Of a stretch of DNA of 64,000 nt, positions 36,341-49,985 are shown one piece after another; position 1 is the first letter of the stretch; every line of letters begins with the position of its first letter. The DNA lies in the NCBI GenBank assembly GCA_964016885.1, contig CAXHJY010001404.1, positions 124,001-188,000 on the forward strand. Reading direction: 5' to 3'. The notes beneath the pieces were generated by a model. It did not search any database. It was given only the letters and a program-made list of their open reading frames with translations, and had not been told where the DNA came from. The position numbers and the translations under genes are program-made. This DNA comes from Eledone cirrhosa (lineage: Eukaryota).

Positions 36341-38201
36341 AGCGGGTGAATGAAAGGGAACGAGGGTAGTTACTGAGATAACAAGGACTTTTGGAAGAGA
36401 GAGCCAAATACAGGTGTACTTCCTAGCTGCTATTACTTTCACCATTTTAACCTAAATTTTACCATGTTTTCCAGTACCACATGTCCCCATTTGTTCTTTT
36501 GTCATCCCCCATTATGAGTTGTAGCATCCTGAGATTAATCTTCACCCTCTTGTCCCGTCTCTTTTTAGGACTCCTTCATGTTCCTTCCACTCTATACAAT
36601 TGTCATCCTCCGTATGCATTACATGCCTGCACCAGCACTGTCTTCTCTCTAATGTGGAAAGAAGTGGTTTTTGACAATTAGTGTGTCAGTTGTTCAATCA
36701 ACTTGACAGCCTGGAATTAATGTGTAAATGGTTGAGCATTACTCAGAGACATGTACCCTTAATGCAATTCTTAGGATGATTCAGTGTGACGCAATTTGTA
36801 ACAAGGCTGGCCCTTTGAATTACAGGTACAGTCTGTCCAATGGGCTTCCCAACAGTTTCTATCTACCTAGTTTCAGTCATAAGGCATGGGTTGATCTGAA
36901 GTCATAATAAATGACACTTGCCCAAGATTTCTTGCAGTGGGATCAAATCCAACATCTAATGATTGCAAAACAAACTTATTAACTATTTGGCAGTGCTACA
37001 TCTATCTTCTCTCAAATACTCTGCATCTGATTCAACTTATATCAATATTTCTCTCAGCTCATATGTATTCCATCATTAGTGTGCACTAATATTACACCAC
37101 TGGAGATTCATGCTTCACCTTTTTGTAATATTCTGCATTCAATAAACCATGTCTCACTACCATGCAGCATTGCATTTACATTTAGTACATCAACATCATA
37201 AAACTGGCCTTTCACTCTGAGATGGGGGAAAAACCTTTATCAGCTTCCTGGACTTTTTTTAGTCCTTCTTTGTTTCAAAATTATGTTTTCAATACATTCG
37301 TCTTCCCTTCCTGCAAATTAGATAACATAGGTAACTGGAACTATCAACTACTAATAGGCTGGGATCCAGAAATGGTTATTGCTCCTGTGCATCTGGTGTA
37401 TACAAAGTCTACTATTCTCCTGTCTGTGATCCCTGTACACCCATAAGTTACACTAACTTTTAGAGGTGGGACCTGTATCATTAAAACACCCAAGAAGCCT
37501 CTTATGAGATGTAACCTCATAGGAGGCAGCCTATGCATATGTGAACATTACACACAGATGCACATGTGCACACAAGGTGGTAGTATCAGAGTCACAATAA
37601 AATGCTGCCACCACTCTCTGTAAAGTAGTTGGCATTAGGAACGGCATCTAGCTTTAGAAAACCAAGCCAAAATCAGATCCCTATCAGCAGGACATAGTCA
37701 CCTGACCAGTCTAGCCTGAATTCATGACAGCCCATCAAGCCCATGTAAGCATGGAATATAGACTTTAAGTGGTGATGAAGCTTCTAACTTTTCCGTAAAT
37801 TTTAAATGCTGCTCATCATTTCTAAACATGTGTTCATACATACACACACTCACACACACACATTTATTCATTCCAAATCAGAAACGAGGGCCCCATGCAA
37901 TGCCAGGATGGATTTAGTTGATTCTGAACTTTGACCTAAGTTTGGGGAAAGTTTTCGTAGAGAAGGGAGCATTATCTCAGAGATAGATCACCTTTCATAT
38001 TTCATATCATTGTTCATGTTTGATGTGTTTTGCTGCTCATTCTCATGTATGTGATCACTCATGGTCTCAATCCACTTCCAAATCATAAATAGTTGTGTGA
38101 GAACAACATATAATGCATAAAGAAAATTTTATCTCCGATACAAAAACCAAGCAGTATATATTACAACTTCAAAACAAAAAGGTGCCTTCTGATTAGTCGG
38201 G

Positions 38202-38926
38202 TCATCATCATCATCATCATCATCATCGTTTAACGTCCATATTCCACGCTTGCATGGGTCTGGACGGGAGTTTTCCCACTTGAGGCAAGAGTGGTTGTCT
38301 TGCTCGCATAGGACCTGTCTGGCGGGTTTTCTACGGCTGGATGCCCTTCCTAACACCAACCACATTTACAGTGTGGGGCTGGGAGGTTTTTACCGTGTTA
38401 CCTACACGGCCACATTACAGCGTGGACTGTGTGTTTTTTCTGTCGTGACACCTACACGACCATTTGTTTCGGGCTGGATGTTGTGACACCAACATAACTT
38501 GTGGTGGTGTGGATGGGGTGGGGGTAATGTGACGGGGGGTGTATTTTGTTAGAGGTGCCTACTGACTGTAGTAGGTTTCACTTTGTATTTAGGTAAGGCG
38601 AGTCTTCTCTATTACTGTGTAGCGCCAAAGCTCTCGGTCCAGTGACATTGTCTTGGAGAGGTGTAAGTGTGTGAGGTCGGAATTTATCAAGTCGTCCCAG
38701 GTTTTTCTGGGTCTGCCTACTCCATGGCTACCGTCTATTTTTATTGCCCTGCACTTTTTTATACAGCTGTCGTCTTTCATGCGCATCACGTGACCATACC
38801 AACGTAGTCTTCTCTCGAGTAAACAACATCTGATCCCTCTTATTTCTAATTTCTCCCTTAGTACGTTTATGCTTTGCCGTTCACGTATATTACTATTACA
38901 CATCCAGTGGAGCATGCAAGCTTCAT
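38202..38926 (-). mobile_element. RTE family A 3' fragment
   Basis: ORF 38589-38969 matches the copy-1 C-terminus; same 3' UTR and tail. Confidence 0.92.
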
Positions 38927-40709
38927 TTCTATTATGTTGAATGTTCAGTGCATTTCGTAGCAAAACCATTGAATATTTGATGATAAAAATGGACTTTCCA
39001 TATAATGTTTATAATTGTTTTTGTTATGGGAAGTTGATGCAGGGTTATTACAACACATAATCATCACCATTATCATTTAATGTCCATTTTCTATGCTAGC
39101 AAGACTTAATAACATTTTTCATGCCTATAAAATTCCCAAGCTGGAAAACTGAGTCACACAGAATTCTGTGTTTGTTAGGGCACAGCAATGTTGATCTGTC
39201 CAGGGAGAAGTCTTTTACTTTCAGTGTCTTAATGTCAAGAAAACCAAGATAAGCATTAGCTTGATGAACCTCTAGGCTTGAGACAGTCTTTAACTTATTT
39301 TGGAATATCGGATAGAATGCAGTGGTATTTATTTCATCCCTCTGCACTTTCAGCTCAACATTGTCATTCGTCTTTTCAGGGGTTGGGGGTTGATAAATAA
39401 AGTACCAGGCCCTGACAGTGGTAATGGGGTCAATTATCTTTTCTCTTTTTCTTTCTTACTCTCTCAGAATTGCTCACACTACACAACTGACTACCAAATG
39501 GTGACATTCTAATGACAATTAGAATAACACATTGGTTGGAGCACATTGCCGTAACATTGAGGTGCATGGCTTAATGCTTAGAGTGTTTAGCTCACAATCG
39601 AGAGGATGTGAGTTTGATTACTGGGGGCATGTTGTGTCCTTGGGTAAGACCCTTTATTATATGTTGCTCCAGTCCTCTCAGTGTCATGCCGAATCTCCCT
39701 AAGAATTGTGTTATGGGTACGCATGTTTGTGGAATGCTCAAACACCTGCACATTAATTTCAGGAGCAGACTGTTCCATTGATCAAAATACTGGAACACTT
39801 GTTGGAACCGATGCCGATGGAGGTCAAGCAAAATTACTGTACCATCAACCTGGTTAACTCAGTGAGTAACTCATATCTAAAAAAAATTCATCTTTCAAGC
39901 CTGAAGGCTCATTAGGTTTATCTTGGTTTCCTTGGTGTCAAGCAACTAAGAATACAAGACCCCCCCCCCCTCCCGGACAGGATGCCAGTCCAGTCCATCA
40001 CAGGGTTAAACCCCAGCTACAGCTGGTACTTATTTTCAGTTGAGTATACTGGAGCAACATGAAATGAAATGTTTTTGCTTAAGAACACAACACACAACTT
40101 AATTCAGGAATCAAATCCATGATCATAATTCCAACACCCTAACCACTAAGGCACATACTTTCACTAATTCATATAGAACTAGAATATCTTGATACAGTCA
40201 TCAGTGTCTCTGCAACTAGACAAGATAGATCTGTAAGTTTTCCCTATCTCTGTGTCTTTATTTTCTTTTTAACCAATCTGGTACAGCTGACCCCTTCTTT
40301 TAACTCCACTCAATAATCTCACTTCCTTGCCTGTTATTGCTATTGGCCTCCACTCAAGTGGCCTCGTTCCTCTTGAGAAGAAGCTGAGTTGCTCCTAGCT
40401 TGTATTCATAGAGAAAGTATATATGGTTGTGTAAGTGTATGTATGCAATGAAAGGTTTGTGGTGTCTTGTGTGTGAACCTTACAGAGAGAGGGAGAAAAC
40501 AACATGTTTAAATATGTGTTTGAGTTCATACTGCTGTTGTCTCTGCGTCTGCCTGTCTCCACCTCGCCATTTTTTCTGTTAATTTTCCTCTTCTGGGCAG
40601 AAGACCTTTTGCCCTTGCACTTCCAGTCTGACTGACTTCTTCTCTGCTCCCTCAATTGAGTACAGCTTCAGGACATCCCTCTGGTTTTCAGAGATTATTA
40701 AGACCTGCA

Positions 40710-41120
40710 CTATTTGTGAGGTATATGTGTATTGTTTATAAGGTATGTGTTTTGCTTGTGAGATTCACATGTAGTGTTTGATATAGATATGTACTGGTTG
40801 TGAAGTACATACGTACTGTTTATGAGGTACATATGTACTGTTTGTGAGGCACATATATACTGTTTATGAGTTATATATGTATTGCTTGTGAGTTACATAT
40901 ATACTGTTTATGAGGTGCATGTGTACTGTTTGTTAAGTACCTATGTACTGTTTGTAAGCTATGTATATATTGTTTGTGAGGTAAATATGTATTAGCTGTG
41001 AGATACATATGTATTGGTTGTGGGATAAATATGTACTAACTGTGAGATACATATGATACAGGTTGTGGGGTACATTTGTACTAATTGTGAGGTACATATG
41101 TACCACTATGTTTGTACTGT
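40710..41120. repeat. ~22-bp minisatellite
   Basis: Units of the form tgtgaggtacatatgtactgtt. Confidence 0.8.
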
Positions 41121-42239
41121 TGGGTCCTGCATGTAGATTCCCCCCTTTACCAAGAAAGGTTCTGTCTGTTTTAACAATGACTATTACAGTTATCAAGTTA
41201 TTTTATAGTTTAAGTGGCTGAGTATTCCACAGATATCTGTACCCTTACTATAGCCCTCAGGCATAATCAGTATATACATACATTAAACATTAAGGTATAT
41301 ACATACAATAGACACTACAATATATACATTCTAGCATGGAAAAATGGACGTTAAACGATGATGATAATGATATACACATTAAACATTAAAATATATACAT
41401 ACATTCAACAGTCAATTATATACATACATTAGACGCTAGAATATATACATATATTTGACATTGAACTTTATACATACATTACACAATATATACACACATT
41501 TGGCAGTATACAGACACATTAGACAGTAGAAAACAACCATTTCTCTGCCTATTCCATTAAATAGTCACTAAGAGCAAGTTGGTCAGTATCATTACTTGTC
41601 TTCACACTTTTTCCTCCACAACCTTTGATTGGAAACACTTCATAACACAAAATTTCACTGACTCCACCCCTAACTCTTCTCATTGTGTTGCCCAGAATTA
41701 GTTTCTAAAACAGTTTGCATCCGTGGTAGCCCTTCTAGCAGTTTTCTCCAGTGTTAGTATCTCTTAAAATGTGCTGCAGTTATGGCCTTTCTAACAGTGT
41801 GTTCCAGTGTTTAGTTGGAGAAGGAAGAACAGTGCATGTGACCCTTTTCAGGGCTTCTGAGACTGGTGTGAAGGAGGAAGAAATGCGTCTTCAAACTGAA
41901 GACCTGTCCCAAATGCTTGCAACAGAATGGACTCTGGTAAAATTAGCCATAGGCCAGATGGTACTGTTAAACTGGGTAATGGATTAAGTCTACCACTAAG
42001 GTAGACCACAGATTAAGTCTTCCACCCATGTAGGCCACAAACAGGATTAAAACTCAGAACATAAAGAGCCAAAACAAATATGGCAAATCATCTTGTCTGA
42101 CACTCGAATAATTTTGTTAATCAACTTCCCTGGAACAGTATTTTATTTTATCAACCCCCAAAGGATGAAAGCAAAGTTGTTCTAGACAAGATTTGAACTG
42201 AGATCACAGCAAATCAGAACAAATACCACAAGGCAATCT

Positions 42240-42422
42240 CTTGAGGGTTTTAATGATAAGGACCCCTAGCCCTTATATGTCTTTTGAGTGGTTTAATGTT
42301 AATGCTCCCTGCCCTTTCATGTCATTTAGAAGTTTTAATTATAGTGACCTCAGTCCTTTCATACATTTAGATGTTTTAATGATAGGGACCCCAGCCCTTT
42401 CCTGTCCCTTGAGTATTTTAAT
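42240..42422. repeat. ~40-45-bp degenerate tandem repeat
   Basis: Recurring gttttaatgata.ggaccc..gccctt units. Confidence 0.6.
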
Positions 42423-43035
42423 CTCAGAATGCACAGAGACTGGAGGTACTGCAGAGCATTTTAACAGTTCTGTTAATTCACCATTCCTGCAAGGGTGATA
42501 GGTAAAGTTGTCCATGGTAGGATTTGAATGAAGAGAGTCAATACAAACACATTTTATTCAGTGCTCTAACAACTCTGCCAATAGACATTGTTTAATGTAG
42601 ATTGGATGTTTTGAATATTTTTTATTTACAGAAGGGCTCCTTCAACTTCATAATACTCTTCTTTCTAGTTGTAACTTGTCCTCACTTTAAATTTACCACG
42701 TATCTCTGTTAAGGAGTGGTGGAGGTGGCGGGGTATATATTTTTCTGCAGACACAAACTTGAATATATAGTCATTTACATGTTGTAGTTGTTGTTGGTGG
42801 TATCAGCCCTGATCAAGGAGACCTTAGATCAAAGACATTTCAGCTGTGACCCATATTTTTTGCCAGATATAGTGTGTGTGTGTGTGTGTGTGCGTATCAT
42901 CATCATCATCATCGTTTAACGTCTATCTTCCACGCTAGCATGGGTTTAGATATATATATATATATATACATACACACATATATATAACACATGCTAGCTT
43001 GGAAAAATGGGCGTTAAATGGTGATGATGTGTGTG

Positions 43036-43089
<54 letters not shown>

Positions 43090-43090
<1 letters not shown>

Positions 43091-43185
43091 TTGTTACTCT
43101 GGAGTTTCACCTGTGCACTCACAGGTTTTGTCTGATGATCCTCTGGTATTAAGTACTCATTCTCATATCTGTCAATATTATACAG
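43090..43185. mobile_element. Rearranged family H5 hammerhead element
   Basis: Minus strand 43090-43125 = cctgtgagtgcacaggtGAAActccagagTAacaag; plus strand then reads ttttgtCTGATGAtcct; follows a TA tract. Confidence 0.65.
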
Positions 43186-43456
43186 GTATATGTGTATGTA
43201 TATATTTCATTAAAAAACGCATGGGCCATATACAGGAAACAGAAAATTCAAGCACATGGTCGATTTCTGTTCATCAGCTGTTTTCTGGGGGATCATTATA
43301 GTTTTCACCACAACTGCATCAATAGTATCTAAAGGAAGGTAGCTATTAGAGATGAAAATAGAAAGTTGGATAAAATAGAAAGACAAAATATCTGCATATA
43401 AATATGAGACAGGAAAATTGTTACACTCAAATGCAACACACAAATGAGGCTGTATG

Positions 43457-43491
<35 letters not shown>

Positions 43492-44919
43492 GCACACACA
43501 CACATATAATAAGATCTAACTCAACCATGTGTCCTTCCCCCTCTCTCTCTCTAGCACTCCTCAGCAACCTCACCACTCCTGCTCCCTCCAGAATCACTCA
43601 TTAAGTACTCCTCCCTCTAAAGCCTTTAGATATCCTTACTATTGCACTCTAGTAGTTACTCTCCACGCCAAGTTCAGCCCCCACAGTCGCCTGTTACCTA
43701 TCTCTCCATCATCCCACATCACTACATCCCCTCTCCCCATACACTAATTAGCTAACCCTACCCCTTACTCATCCCTTACCCCCTGCCTATCTCTCCATGC
43801 TTGTCCCCCCAACTTATTGACCACACACTCCACTATCACCCTTACCCCTTACCCTGCCAAATCACTACATACCCCTATAACTTTATACATAACTATGTCC
43901 CCTACTGTTCCCCCCTCCCCAGACCAGAGAGGGCTCTACAGTTGAATCTATGACCAACGACCTCTCTAATGATGGTGCCACAAAAATGCACCCAGTACAC
44001 TCTGCAAGGGTGGTTGGCAACGGGAAGGGCAACTTGCTGTAGAAACCATGCCTAAAAGGGTTAAGGGGACCCTTTAGTTGTGTCAAAGACACAACAACCT
44101 TTCTAGTGTTGGTGATCTATACGAGAAACACACCCAGTACATGCTGTAAAGTAGTTGGTGTTAGGAAAGTCATCTTGCCGAAGAAATGATCGGGAGGATC
44201 CTTCGGTAGTGTCAAACATGACAGCCTCCCTAGTGTTGGTGATCTACATAATAAAAGCACCCAGTCAACACTGTAAAGTGGTTGGTATTAGGAAAGGCAT
44301 CCAGCCATAGAGTGCTTACCAACAAGGGGGGTCCTTCAGTTTGTGTCAAAAGACATGACAACTTCTCTGCACTCAATAGAACATATTACCATACGGTAAG
44401 CAAAACGAAAGATCCCTGGGTTGTCTGAGAGGTCAGTAGCCCCGCTTTATTACTGACTTGGTCTATGTAGAACCATCCAACCCTTGCGAGCAGGGAAAGC
44501 AGATGTTAAACGATGATGATGATTATATATATATATTTATATTTATATATATTCATTCAATACTTGATATAGTAGGAAAAGCATCTTAAGACATTAGTCT
44601 TTCATCAGAGGATAGAATGAGAGATAATAGAAAAATAGATAAGAGTAAGAAGAGGAAGAAATGAGGACACAACCTGTCGCTTTATGTCAGAATCAAACTC
44701 ACAACTTTTCAATTATGAAACCAACATCCTAACTGAAAATGATTGATTAAATATATACACCCCCACCCCTGCAAAAAAAATTGTTGCACGTGGTAAGACC
44801 ATTTGTCGTATTAATTTCTTCACAAAGACAGGTGCAGAGATGGATGGGTGTTCCAGTGCAGAAATGGAGTAGTGTACAGGTGTAATGATAAAATGTTAGA
44901 CAGATGCAGTGATTGATTG

Positions 44920-45240
44920 GTTGACAAGTATAGACCTACTGATAGTTTGACTGGTGTAGACCAACAGGCATGTTGACAGGTGTAAACCCACTCACAAGTT
45001 GACAGATATAGACCCACAGACAAGTTGATAGGTATAAACCTATTGACAAGTTGGCAAGTATAGACATACCAATAGGTATAGACACACCGATAGGTTGACA
45101 GGTATAAACCCAGAGACCAGTTGACAGATATAGCTTCACAGACAAGTTGACAAGTAAAGATCCACAAACAGGTTGACAGGTATAGACCCACAGACAGGTT
45201 GTCAAGTGTAGACCCACTGACAGGTTCACAGGTATAGATC
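44920..45240. repeat. ~26-bp minisatellite
   Basis: Units of the form gttgacaggtatagacccacagacaa. Confidence 0.8.
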
Positions 45241-46269
45241 TTTATAATAGATAGGTAAACAAATAATCTGAGAGATATTGTTGATATTGAATTTCATTTT
45301 TTTTCTATCTACACCAAAACATTAAAGCTCACTAGAGATGGATATGATCATAATGATCATCATCACCATTTAATGTCTATTTTCCATGCTTGCATGGATT
45401 ATACAGCTATCTTGTGTTGAGGCCAGACTGGTCAGGTGACTAGGCCCTGCTTAAATACTTTGTTTTGGCTTGGTTTCTACAACTGAATGCCCTTTCTAAC
45501 GCCAACCATTTTACAGTGTATACCGAGAACATGGTTTCTACAGCTAGATGCTCTTCCTAACACCAACCACTTTACAGTGTGTACTGGGAGCATTTTGTTG
45601 TAACTCTGACACTACCATCTTACAATGTGGACTGGGTGCTTTTATAATAGTGCTAGCACTATTTCATTACAGCACTGGGATGCTGAGTGTATATAGTCTT
45701 TCTGGGTGGTGAGGTCTGACATTGGATTGCTAGAGAGAGGGGAGGTCATGGTGGTGTTCGACTTCATTTTGTGGCATAAAAGGGCATTTATATATTGGTT
45801 GAGGCAAGTAGTTGGGTGACAGGTGTCTTTAGGTAAAGAAGTCAAGAGTATATTGGCATGTGAGGACCTAAGAGCTGTTCCATCTCTGCTTCTTCGGTTT
45901 TAGGATGGAGCCAGGTAGATGGGTTAGCCATCGTCCTTGTGCTGCTTCATTCCACTTGCCTGGGAAGGCGAGTTCCTCATATAACAGAGTATCGCCAGTT
46001 ATTTTGGTTATGGGTCATCTCCTTTGTGAGGTTCAGCTGCATGAGGTCAGCCCTCACTACATCAGGTATATATAACATATACCTACCTTACGTTTAACAC
46101 ACATTCATTCACACACACACAGAAACATCTGCTCCCTAGGTAAACTTCATATGACAATCATTGAGCCCCCTGCTGTATTGCGTAACAGCTTAAATTTCAT
46201 TGAATATTATCTATACATGTATGTATGTATGTATGTATGTGTGTGTGTGTATGTATATATATATGTGTA

Positions 46270-47168
46270 TGAGGATAAGTTCCAAGTGTGGAAACAGAAT
46301 TTGTAATCAAAAGAGCTGAGAGTAGACTTAGCCAAAACTAAAGTGCTGGTAAGAGGAAAGAAGATAGGGTTCTGATTCCTTTGGGGAAGCAGCTTTACTC
46401 AGTATGTAAAAAAGTAAGCAGAAACTCTATACAATGTACACAATATAAATCTTGGGTACACAAGAGATGTAGTGGGATAAAAGGCAGAAAAGAATTTGTA
46501 TGTAGAAGATGCACAGGGGTAATCGATGGGAAGAGCGTCAGTGATATAAACCTTTTCAAATCACACAAAGGGTCCATAGAAGTGGTTGATAGTTTCTGCT
46601 ATCCTGTCACAAGGATAGCAGAAAGGTGACGAAGAAGGGTGCTTGCGAGAGTATAATAGCTAAAATGAGGAGAGGATAGAAGTTTAGAGATCTACTTCCA
46701 CTGTTGACAATAAAAGGTTTCTCCTTACATACAAAATGACCACTGTATGACGCCTGTGTGTGAAGTGCGATGTTGCATGGTACCGAAACATGGGCAGTGA
46801 CTTTAGAGGATATGTGTAGCCTGGAGAGAAATGAAGCAACTATCTTTTGTTGTATGCGCAGTGTAAATGTAAGAGAAAGGCAGAGCTTGGATGAACTGAG
46901 GGAGAAACTATATTTAAGAGGATACCGAAGTGGTGTGCAAGAGAGAAGACTTTGTTGGTATGGACATGTGATGTGCATGGATGATGATCACTGGGGGAAG
47001 AAGTGCCCAGTAGAAGGAAGCCGCAGTTGGAGTAGATCAAGGAAAACCTGGGCAGAGGTGGGGAGAGCTGAAACTCACAGAGGAGGTAATGAAAGAATAT
47101 GACGAATGGAGATATGCTGAAGACTCATGTGAACATCAAAAAAGGGATGTAAAAACGATGATGATGAT
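46270..47168 (+). mobile_element. Older decayed RTE (family B-like) 3' third, including the PHD-like finger
   Basis: SVCKKVSRNSIQCTQYKSWVHKRCSG..CRRC, MLHGTETW, WYGHVM; stops and frameshifts; (GAT)n tail. Confidence 0.85.
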
Positions 47169-47534
47169 TGTGTGTGTGTGTATATATATGTAAGTTGTGT
47201 GTGTGTGTATATATATATATATAACTTGTTGACTTTATGCTTTTACTCATCATATACATTCATATTGATCTGTATTAGAAGAAATCAATCAGAAGTTGTA
47301 CAAATCAATTTAATATCCTAGAAAATTCAATATAGTCATTTAACTTTCAATGCAGCAGAATTGTGTGGGGTTTTTTTTCTGTTTGTTTTTTTTTTGTTTT
47401 TTTCCGTATTTAATTTTTGAGGAAAGAATTGGTCAGGATATTAGATATAAATGACCTGTTAAAAATCTGTGTGCAATAATGGTAAATAATAATAGTAATA
47501 ATAATGATGATGATTTTTATTTTTTATGTTTTAA

Positions 47535-48900
47535 AATAATAATAATAATAATTTCTTTATTAACCACAAAGGGTTCATACCAAGAAAAATATTAAGAAAA
47601 GCAAGGTACAAAGCATTGCGTGTGAGTGTGTGTTTTAGTCTGTGGGATTGCGTGTAAACAGATTTAATACAGGGAGGTAGCAATAAAATATTAATGGGAG
47701 GAGACATCCGATGGGGAAGGGGTGTAACAATAACATTTTAAACAATAAGTATTCCTCAGTAGCAAGGAGACAGGCTACTCATAGAAAACCCCCATAAAAC
47801 TGTGGTGGCTATGACTGCTAGGGCAAGTACCTTTTTCAGTTCTTCAGCCACAATTTACAGGTGTTCACCTTTCAACAAAATGGCTGGAAGCAATACTTCC
47901 TTCTCCACCTTAATTTTCCTCTTCAAGTAAAACTCAAAGAAGTTATTAAGGGAATCGCTTAAGAGAAAAGTGTTTGTCTTGAGCTCCTTCAATTATGCCC
48001 TCCGTACAACCTTTTTTGCCATAGACCCCAGATATGTAAAACTTGCCTGCCCTTCTTGGTTAAAGGAAGGCAACAGAGTGGTCTTCACAATGGATTCAGT
48101 TGACATAAACCCATACGTCAGCAATGCTCAGGCTCTGAATGAGTGTGTAATGGTTTAATCACCCTGCACACATCTCGGACATGCTTGGCTGACAGCACTT
48201 CCATACCTGTAGAGTTTATTTTGAACTGGCAAAGCAACCCTGAGGCACTGCCAGGCGCTGGACTGAAAGTTCTCCAGAAGAGAGCAGTTAGTTACTCGTC
48301 TTCGACACCCAGGGTCTCTCCAAGAACGTTGCCTCTAATCCTCTATAGAATGCCAAGGCGGATTTTCCACTGATCACTGCCCAACACGCCGAGGGCTATG
48401 AGAGCTTGAAGACATTCCAGTTTTCAAGCGTTCTTGAATTTTGCTTGACTCAGGACTGTAGTTGCATCTGAGATGAGCTGGGGAAATGTGTCTGGCAAAA
48501 GGCGAACACACCTGATCACCATCAAGAAAATGCTGGAGATGTCGTAGCCTCAGCCATGTTTGTGCATCATCAGCCATGGCATGCCCAATCCTCGATGCAG
48601 CGAGTGTTGACAACAAATAGCCCATCTGACTAATAGAACTTGCCCCTTCCACAAAAAGCAAAAGAGTAAATGCTCCATTGCAGTGAGACATTGACCAGGA
48701 CATGGCACGACAGTCAGTCGGTAGTAGATAATGGACGCGATGTATGCATTTGCCCCCTCTGCCTGACCTTTCAGGGATAGTTTCCTCTTGGCCCATTTCT
48801 CAATGAGAGTGGCCACCCTGCTCATTACCTCAGTTTTTCTCCATCTGGAGGTCTGGACTAAACCAGACTCCGAACAATTTAACCAGTCCATCTACGATGC
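47535..48900 (-). mobile_element. L1/Tx1-clade LINE 3' fragment, decayed
   Basis: WAKRKLSLKG..ANAYIASIIYYRLTVVPCP..LFCFLWKG..GLGMP is typical of the post-RT region of L1/Tx1; AATAAA followed by a (TTA)n tail on the minus strand near 47535-47562. Confidence 0.75.
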
Positions 48901-49248
48901 TTTTGGATAGCGTGGAGTTGCCTGATTAATTTTTGCTCCTGTAACTTCTTTGTATTATTTCAGAGAAGTACCAACCACCTTAATGTGTTTGGTGGTTGAC
49001 ACATTGTTGTTGTCAAAGTTTGAAAAGCTTTCTCTGATGTCTGAAACTATTTTGTTTAAAGTAACAAGACGATTTTATTCATTTTATTCACAAATGTTGA
49101 AATCCATCAACATTTGTGTTTTAGATGTTGGAGAGCTCTCCCTCTCTCTTTGTGATGTATTATCGTTTTGTCTCTTTTTAGATGTTGTGTCCATTAGTTT
49201 GTTTTTCAAAAAAATATGTTGAAATAAAATTTTTACCTCGATGGCACC

Positions 49249-49531
49249 CCTGTAGGCAGGGGCCTCGTTTGCCTTAAAAATGTCAGGGGGACAAACCAAC
49301 ATTTGTTGATTCTTAAAGGAGCATACATTGCTTATGGTGCCTTTCCTGGACCCTAAGTAAAATTTTACGCCAATTAAATTTTATATATTCAAATGAAGTT
49401 CAGATATGAAAAAATAAGCTTAAAAAGAATTTATTATATCAAATAAACAAAAAATAAAATATAGACGTTTGAAAAAGTTGGGGAGACTTGTCCCCTGGTA
49501 CCCCCCTGAAACAAGGCCCTTGCCTGTAGGG
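49249..49531. mobile_element. Possible MITE
   Basis: Imperfect ~24-bp TIRs ccctgtaggcaggggcctcgtttg / gaaacaaggcccttgcctgtaggg. Confidence 0.45.
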
Positions 49532-49679
49532 TATCTCTCCAAATTCAGCAACCCCATCTGTAGCTGGTTAGTTTCCTTAAGTTTAAAACTTGAACAAAAA
49601 GTTATGGTTGGTGAAAAAATAAAAAGTTCAGAAAATTTTTACGGGGCTGAAATGAAGCGAGGCTTCAATCTCAGAGGTC

Positions 49680-49714
<35 letters not shown>

Positions 49715-49718
<4 letters not shown>

Positions 49719-49985
49719 TGTTTCTACTTTTGGCACAAGCCCAGCAATTATCCCAGTACATTACTGGTACTTTATTTTATCGACCCCGTAAGGATGAAAG
49801 GCAAAGTTAATAATAATTGTTTCTACTTTTGGCACAAGGCCAGCAATTACACAGTACGTTACTGGTACTTTATTTTATCGACCTCTGTATTAACCTCGGC
49901 GGGATTTGAACTCAGGTCGTAAAGGTACGTAACTATGCTGGAAAGCATGTCCGACCCTCTACCGATACTGCCAATTCACCGCCCT
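49715..49985 (-). mobile_element. SINE family 1 with tandemly duplicated 3' half
   Basis: Two successive ttgtttctacttttggcacaag..ctggtactttattttatcgac units, then the tRNA-like head; (TAA)n flanks. Confidence 0.75.

Noticed and set aside
40710-45240. Regularly spaced short repeats resembling CRISPR arrays
   Set aside because: Degenerate head-to-tail minisatellites without unique spacers; no cas genes; eukaryotic context.
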